Shown here: positions 59,670-64,000 of the stretch, piece by piece
How the letters are laid out: each line of letters starts with the position of its first letter
Numbering within the stretch: the first letter of the stretch is position 1
Origin: Hemiscyllium ocellatum
Taxonomy: Eukaryota
DNA length: 64,000 nucleotides
Direction of reading: 5' to 3'
NCBI RefSeq assembly: GCF_020745735.1
Contig: NC_083433.1
Location: 18,983,363-19,047,362 of the forward strand
Translations under genes and position numbers: made by a program
The notes under the pieces: generated by a model
Told to the model about the DNA's origin: nothing
The model's input: the letters and a program-made list of their open reading frames with translations, nothing else
Database searches by the model: none

Positions 59670-60490
59670 AAGTCCCCTCTCAGTCTTCTAAACTCAAGGG
59701 TATACAAGCTCAGTCGCTCCAGTCTTTCAGTGTAAGGTAGTCCCTCCATTCTAGGAATTGACCTCATGAACCTACGCTGCACTCCCTCAATAGCCAGAAT
59801 GTCTTTCCTCAAATTTGGAGACCAGAACTACACACAGTACTCCAGGTGTGGTCTCACCAGGGCCCTGTACAGCTGCAGAAGAACCTCTTTGCTTCTATAC
59901 TCAATCCCTCTTGTTATGAAGGCCAGCATGCTATTAGCCTTCTTTACTACCTGCTGTACCTGCATGCTTATCTTCATTGACTGGTGTACAAGAACAGAGC
60001 TGAAAATGTGTTGCTGGAAAAGTGCAGCAGGTCAGGCAGGATCCAAGGAACAGGAAATTCGACGTTTCGGGCATAAGCCCTTCATCAGGAAACATCGAAT
60101 TTCCTGTTCCTTGGATGCTGCCTGACCTGCTGTGCTTTTCCAGCAACACATTTTCAGCTCTGATCTCCAGCATCTGCAGACCTCACTTTCTCCCTGGTGT
60201 ACAAGAACGCCCAGATCTCTCTGTACTGCCCCTTTACCTAAATTGATTCCATTTAGGTAGTAATCTGCCTTCCTGTTCTTGCCACCAAAGTGGATAACAA
60301 TACATTTATCCACATTAAACTGCATCTGCCATGCATCTGACCACTCATCTAACTTGCCCAGGTCACCCTGTAATCTCCTAACATCCTCATCACATTTCAC
60401 CCAGCTTAGTATCATCAGCAAATTTGCTAATGTTATTGCTAATACCATCTTCTATATCATTAACATATATTGTAAAAAGCTGCGGTCCCA
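59670..60490 (-). mobile_element. CR1 RT/3' fragment interrupted by a PLE palindrome
   Basis: DVRRLQGDL..W...WQMQFNVDKC..IHFG..N; RKDILAIEGVQRRFMR. Confidence 0.85.
59996..60193. mobile_element. palindromic PLE-hammerhead insertion (family A)
   Basis: Intact minus-strand core UUC-CUGAUGA-AGGGC-UUAU-GCCC-GAAAC-GUC-GAA at 60058-60091; perfect 15-bp TSD CTGGTGTACAAGAAC at 59981-59995 and 60194-60208. Confidence 0.9.
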
Positions 60491-62009
60491 GTACTGATCC
60501 CTGCGGTACCCCACTGGTCACTGCCTGCCATTCCGAAATGGAGCCGTTTGTCACTTACTCTCATTTGTTCACTCTCATGGAATAGGACAGGTCAACAAAT
60601 ATGAAAATGTTCAATGTTATTGAATTTAGTCGGGTAGAAATGTGCCATTGTGGACCAGTGAAGGATGCTGTGTCAGATCACTGAAGATTGGCTTCAACAC
60701 GGCACTGTGCAATGATCAGATATTGCTGGGTTGTAAGCTTCACCTTCCATCCTGTTGGACCACTTGTCTATTTCGTGGCTTGATGAGGCTACTAGGAAAC
60801 TGAGTATAATTAATGAACAGTGATGCACTTTTACCTGAGACAGAGTCCTATCAGTAATAATTACCTGCCTATCAGTGCTGTGACATTTTGGCAGATGGAG
60901 AGGCAATTGGTGAGCAATTCTATTTGAGAGGGTAAGATTTGTCAGTGGGAGTATGGCTGTGTGTGAACTTCAGGAAGTGGAAGCAGAATAATAGGTCACA
61001 TTTAGACTCAGTCGCAGTATTCAAAGGACGGAATTGGCAATTCTGAGGAGGTGAACGGGCAAATGCTTGCAATTGTTCCATTGTCAGCCTCAGACGAATC
61101 CACCAGATAATGATGAATGTTCAGAATTGGCTGCCAGATCCATCAGTTGTTAAATGGGACAGGTGTGTGTGTGTGCGCGTGTGTGGGGGCAGGGGCCAGT
61201 TTTTCTCATAACCTTGAGAGGAGCAAACGTTTAGTGACACCCCAACTTTGAAAGTGGCAGTGGGTAATGAGCAGATCTTGACAGAACAATAGCTTGGGAG
61301 GAAGGGGGAATGGTAAAATGAACTAAAATGTAACCTTGCTGAGTCACAATGTTGTCATTTCTTGCCAGGTGACCAATTTGCCCTCAGTTCTGCTCAAATC
61401 ACTCAACCTCAATCTAGACTTCATGGTCAAAATTGGTCAGGCTAGGTCCCAGAGTTTCAATGAGTGTGATGTTGTGATTGGGCACACATGGCACTCCCAA
61501 TGGGTTGAGATGGTGCCCTCTGGCTCTTCTGTGCCCTCAGGGTCCTTGCTGCTCCAATTAGATATCACTTCCAGAGGCAGCTTCTTAACTGGTCTCTTTT
61601 GGGAAGCTTTCCTGCCTGCCCATGCCTGAGTTCATAACCAGGAAATCAGCCCAATGTTAATTGTGGCTCAAATAGGAAAATTCAGCCCCTAGAGTCAAAT
61701 CCGGTCTGAGTCTGTGAAGAAAACTGGGAAAATTCATTCACTTAAGTTTATAAATTATTTGAATGTTGCAGTACAATACTGAGGCATTAATTATTGATGC
61801 AATGTTTGGGAAGTTGCTAGCAAGTGTAAGTGATACAGATTTACTTTGTCCTCGTGTGAGGAATCATCTCTCACTGGGTTGATGGGTGGGGGAAAAGGTC
61901 CGCTGTACCAAATTTCCACACTTGTTACACTGGCCTAGATTTCCTCGAGATTCCAAGTTAGTAAGACTCAGTCTGTGTATATAGGCCTAGGCCTGCATCA
62001 TGGAAACCT

Positions 62010-62280
62010 ATAGTGCAGAACAAGGCCTTTCTGTCCATTAGGTCTGCACTGTCCCATCCTCTCCCTGTAACCCCACATTTACTCTGGCTAATCCTAACCT
62101 ACATATCCCTGGCAATTTAGCATAGCTAAGCCACCTATCCTGCATATATTTGGCAGGAAACAAGAGCACCTACGCAGGCAAAGGGAGAATGTGGAAACTC
62201 CACATAGTCATTAGAAGATGGAATCAAACTTGGGTCTCTGGCACTGTGAAGTAGCAGTGCTAACCATAGAGCCACCATGA
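62010..62280 (-). mobile_element. highly divergent HE1-related SINE
   Basis: ggcaatttagcatag..gaatgtggaaactccaca..ggcactgtgaagtagcagtgctaacca. Confidence 0.65.
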
Positions 62281-64000
62281 ATTAGGCAATGGCGCAGTGT
62301 AGGAGTGAAGCAGTTAGTGACACTGTTAGTGCCCAGCCTCCTCTTTTTCGGGATATGTTTACCATCAGTGTGACTCCATTAAAAAGAATCTGGTAACTGC
62401 AAAATAACTGAGGGTGGGGCCGGGGGTGGGGGTGGGGAGGGGGGAGGGGGAAGATGGGGAGAAGCAGCATACCAATTTATACACCACTAGTGTCCAAAGA
62501 AACTGACAGGAGCATAGTCAAACAAAGTCTGACACCAAGTCACACAAGGAGCTTTTGAGACAGATGACCAGAGATAGGTTTTAAGGAACATTTTAAAGGA
62601 GGGGGAGATCCTGTGAGGTGGAGTTCGAGAGTTTAGGGTCCTAGCAAGTGAAAACTCAGCCAAGAATGGTCAAACACTGGAAATCAGGGATGTGCAAGAG
62701 GCCAGAGTTGTAGGACTCCCAATTTTTCAGAGGTTTGATGGGCTGATTCCAGGGATAGGGAGGGACAAGACCTGGAGGGGATCTAAAAATGATAATGAGA
62801 GTTTTAAGATTGAGCCATCGCCAGACCAGGAACTAGTGTCTGTCAAAAACATGAGGTAAGCTTGCATGTTTAATTTTGAGACTCATTCACTGGGTATTCA
62901 GATTGCTGATCTCTGTCAGCTTGTAGATACCCATGGCTTCAGGAATCAGCAGATATTTTGACAGTGTAACATTCAAAGAGGTGGTTCTGTACTTGTCATT
63001 TCCATAATCCGATGCAAATAACTCATTGGGAGGTGAAATTTCAGTTGCTATTCCTTTTTGGTTGCACAGTCTCAAATTCAAATCTTTCCTCTTGATGAAT
63101 GTGAAATTTCAGAGCTGTTGTCACTTTCAAGGATTGAAAAAAAAATTAAATGCAAAATAAGAGTCTATTTCCGTACTGTATGACTATAAGTGCAATCAGT
63201 GTCATGGACTATTTCTGATTGGGACCCAGTGCCATCTACAGGTGATATTCGATTTCACATCCTGTAATCTGTACTGATTGACATTGCTCATGTCATGAAC
63301 ATGGTTCGCTCTGACTTAAAGATGACTAACTTGCTGGATAAATGGAAATCCGGGATGTGCAAGAGGCCGGAGTTGTAGGACTCCAATGTTTCAGAGGTTT
63401 GAAGGAAAAAAAACTCTCATTACAGGTTATACAGCAACATATTTACTGTTAAACTTTAAATGTCTGTATAACATTTCTAATAACTACATGAGGTATTTTG
63501 CAATTTTTGTCATTTCATAGCTGGACATCACAACTAGTTATTTAATCATTATTCCCTCAGCTACTTTCTTGCCATGTAATTCCCCTCAGCTAAAAAGATC
63601 ATATGTCTTAAACTGATCTGGAGGATGATAGTAGCAAAGTGGTCTAGAGGTATGGGTTCAAATTCAAATAATTAATAAACCTAGAACTGATAACTAATCT
63701 CTCTAATGCTGACCAGAGAACGGTCATTTATTACTGTTAGAAACCCACCTGATCCCGTTCAGGGAAAGGAAATTTGCTTACTTGGCTGCATGTTAACTAT
63801 CCTCTGAAATGGCTTGGTAAGCCACTCAATTCAGGCCTAATAAGGGGGGGGGGGGGGGGCAATTAGAATTAGGTTTATTGTCACATGTACAAAAATGAGT
63901 GCAGAGAAAAGTTCACAAGTCATCACTTATGGTGCCATCAAAGGTACAACGACACCTAGGTACAGATTCTTAAAATAACGGTAGGACCCTGGGAGTGCTG

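Noticed and set aside
21724-60193. Recurrent palindromic repeats as a CRISPR-like array
   Set aside because: Dispersed, individually TSD-flanked, no regular spacers, eukaryotic context
62411-62460. G-quadruplex-forming G runs, also at 52757-52772 and 63843-63859
   Set aside because: Simple low-complexity tracts with no contextual evidence of function
62887-63081. 64-aa minus-strand ORF as the terminal exon of a downstream gene
   Set aside because: No recognisable motif and no convincing splice acceptor

Overview
Eukaryotic, repeat-rich genomic DNA. The HE1-type SINEs, HER1/CR1 LINEs and Deu-domain SINEs point to a cartilaginous fish, most likely a shark (inference). One host gene can be reconstructed on the + strand: a 6-exon B7-family costimulatory ligand (leader, IgV, IgC, TM, acidic tail). 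Its phase-compatible exons are 14405-14457, 43967-44025, 45175-45516, 47744-48037, 49663-49809 and 56722-56816, giving 990 nt or 329 aa. It is most similar to ICOSLG with CD80/CD86-like features. Its 29.5-kb first intron contains an antisense, decayed class-I (gamma/epsilon-like) endogenous retrovirus: 5' LTR, tRNA-Ser PBS, gag, pro, pol and an env that stops before the TM subunit, with no 3' LTR found. It also holds a candidate NF-kB/IRF/ETS enhancer. Directly upstream of the promoter is a 2.2-kb Penelope-like element (RT, GIY-YIG endonuclease, hammerhead ribozyme) with a 13-bp TSD. The most striking pattern is a large set of short, hairpin-shaped Penelope-terminus insertions from at least four families. 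They carry minimal hammerhead ribozymes, share an 'inverted arm + arm with 33-39 nt tail' architecture, and most have 10-16 bp TSDs. The rest is CR1/L2, Tx1-like and SINE copies plus a 192-N gap. All coordinates were read by hand; repeat boundaries are approximate unless a TSD defines them.
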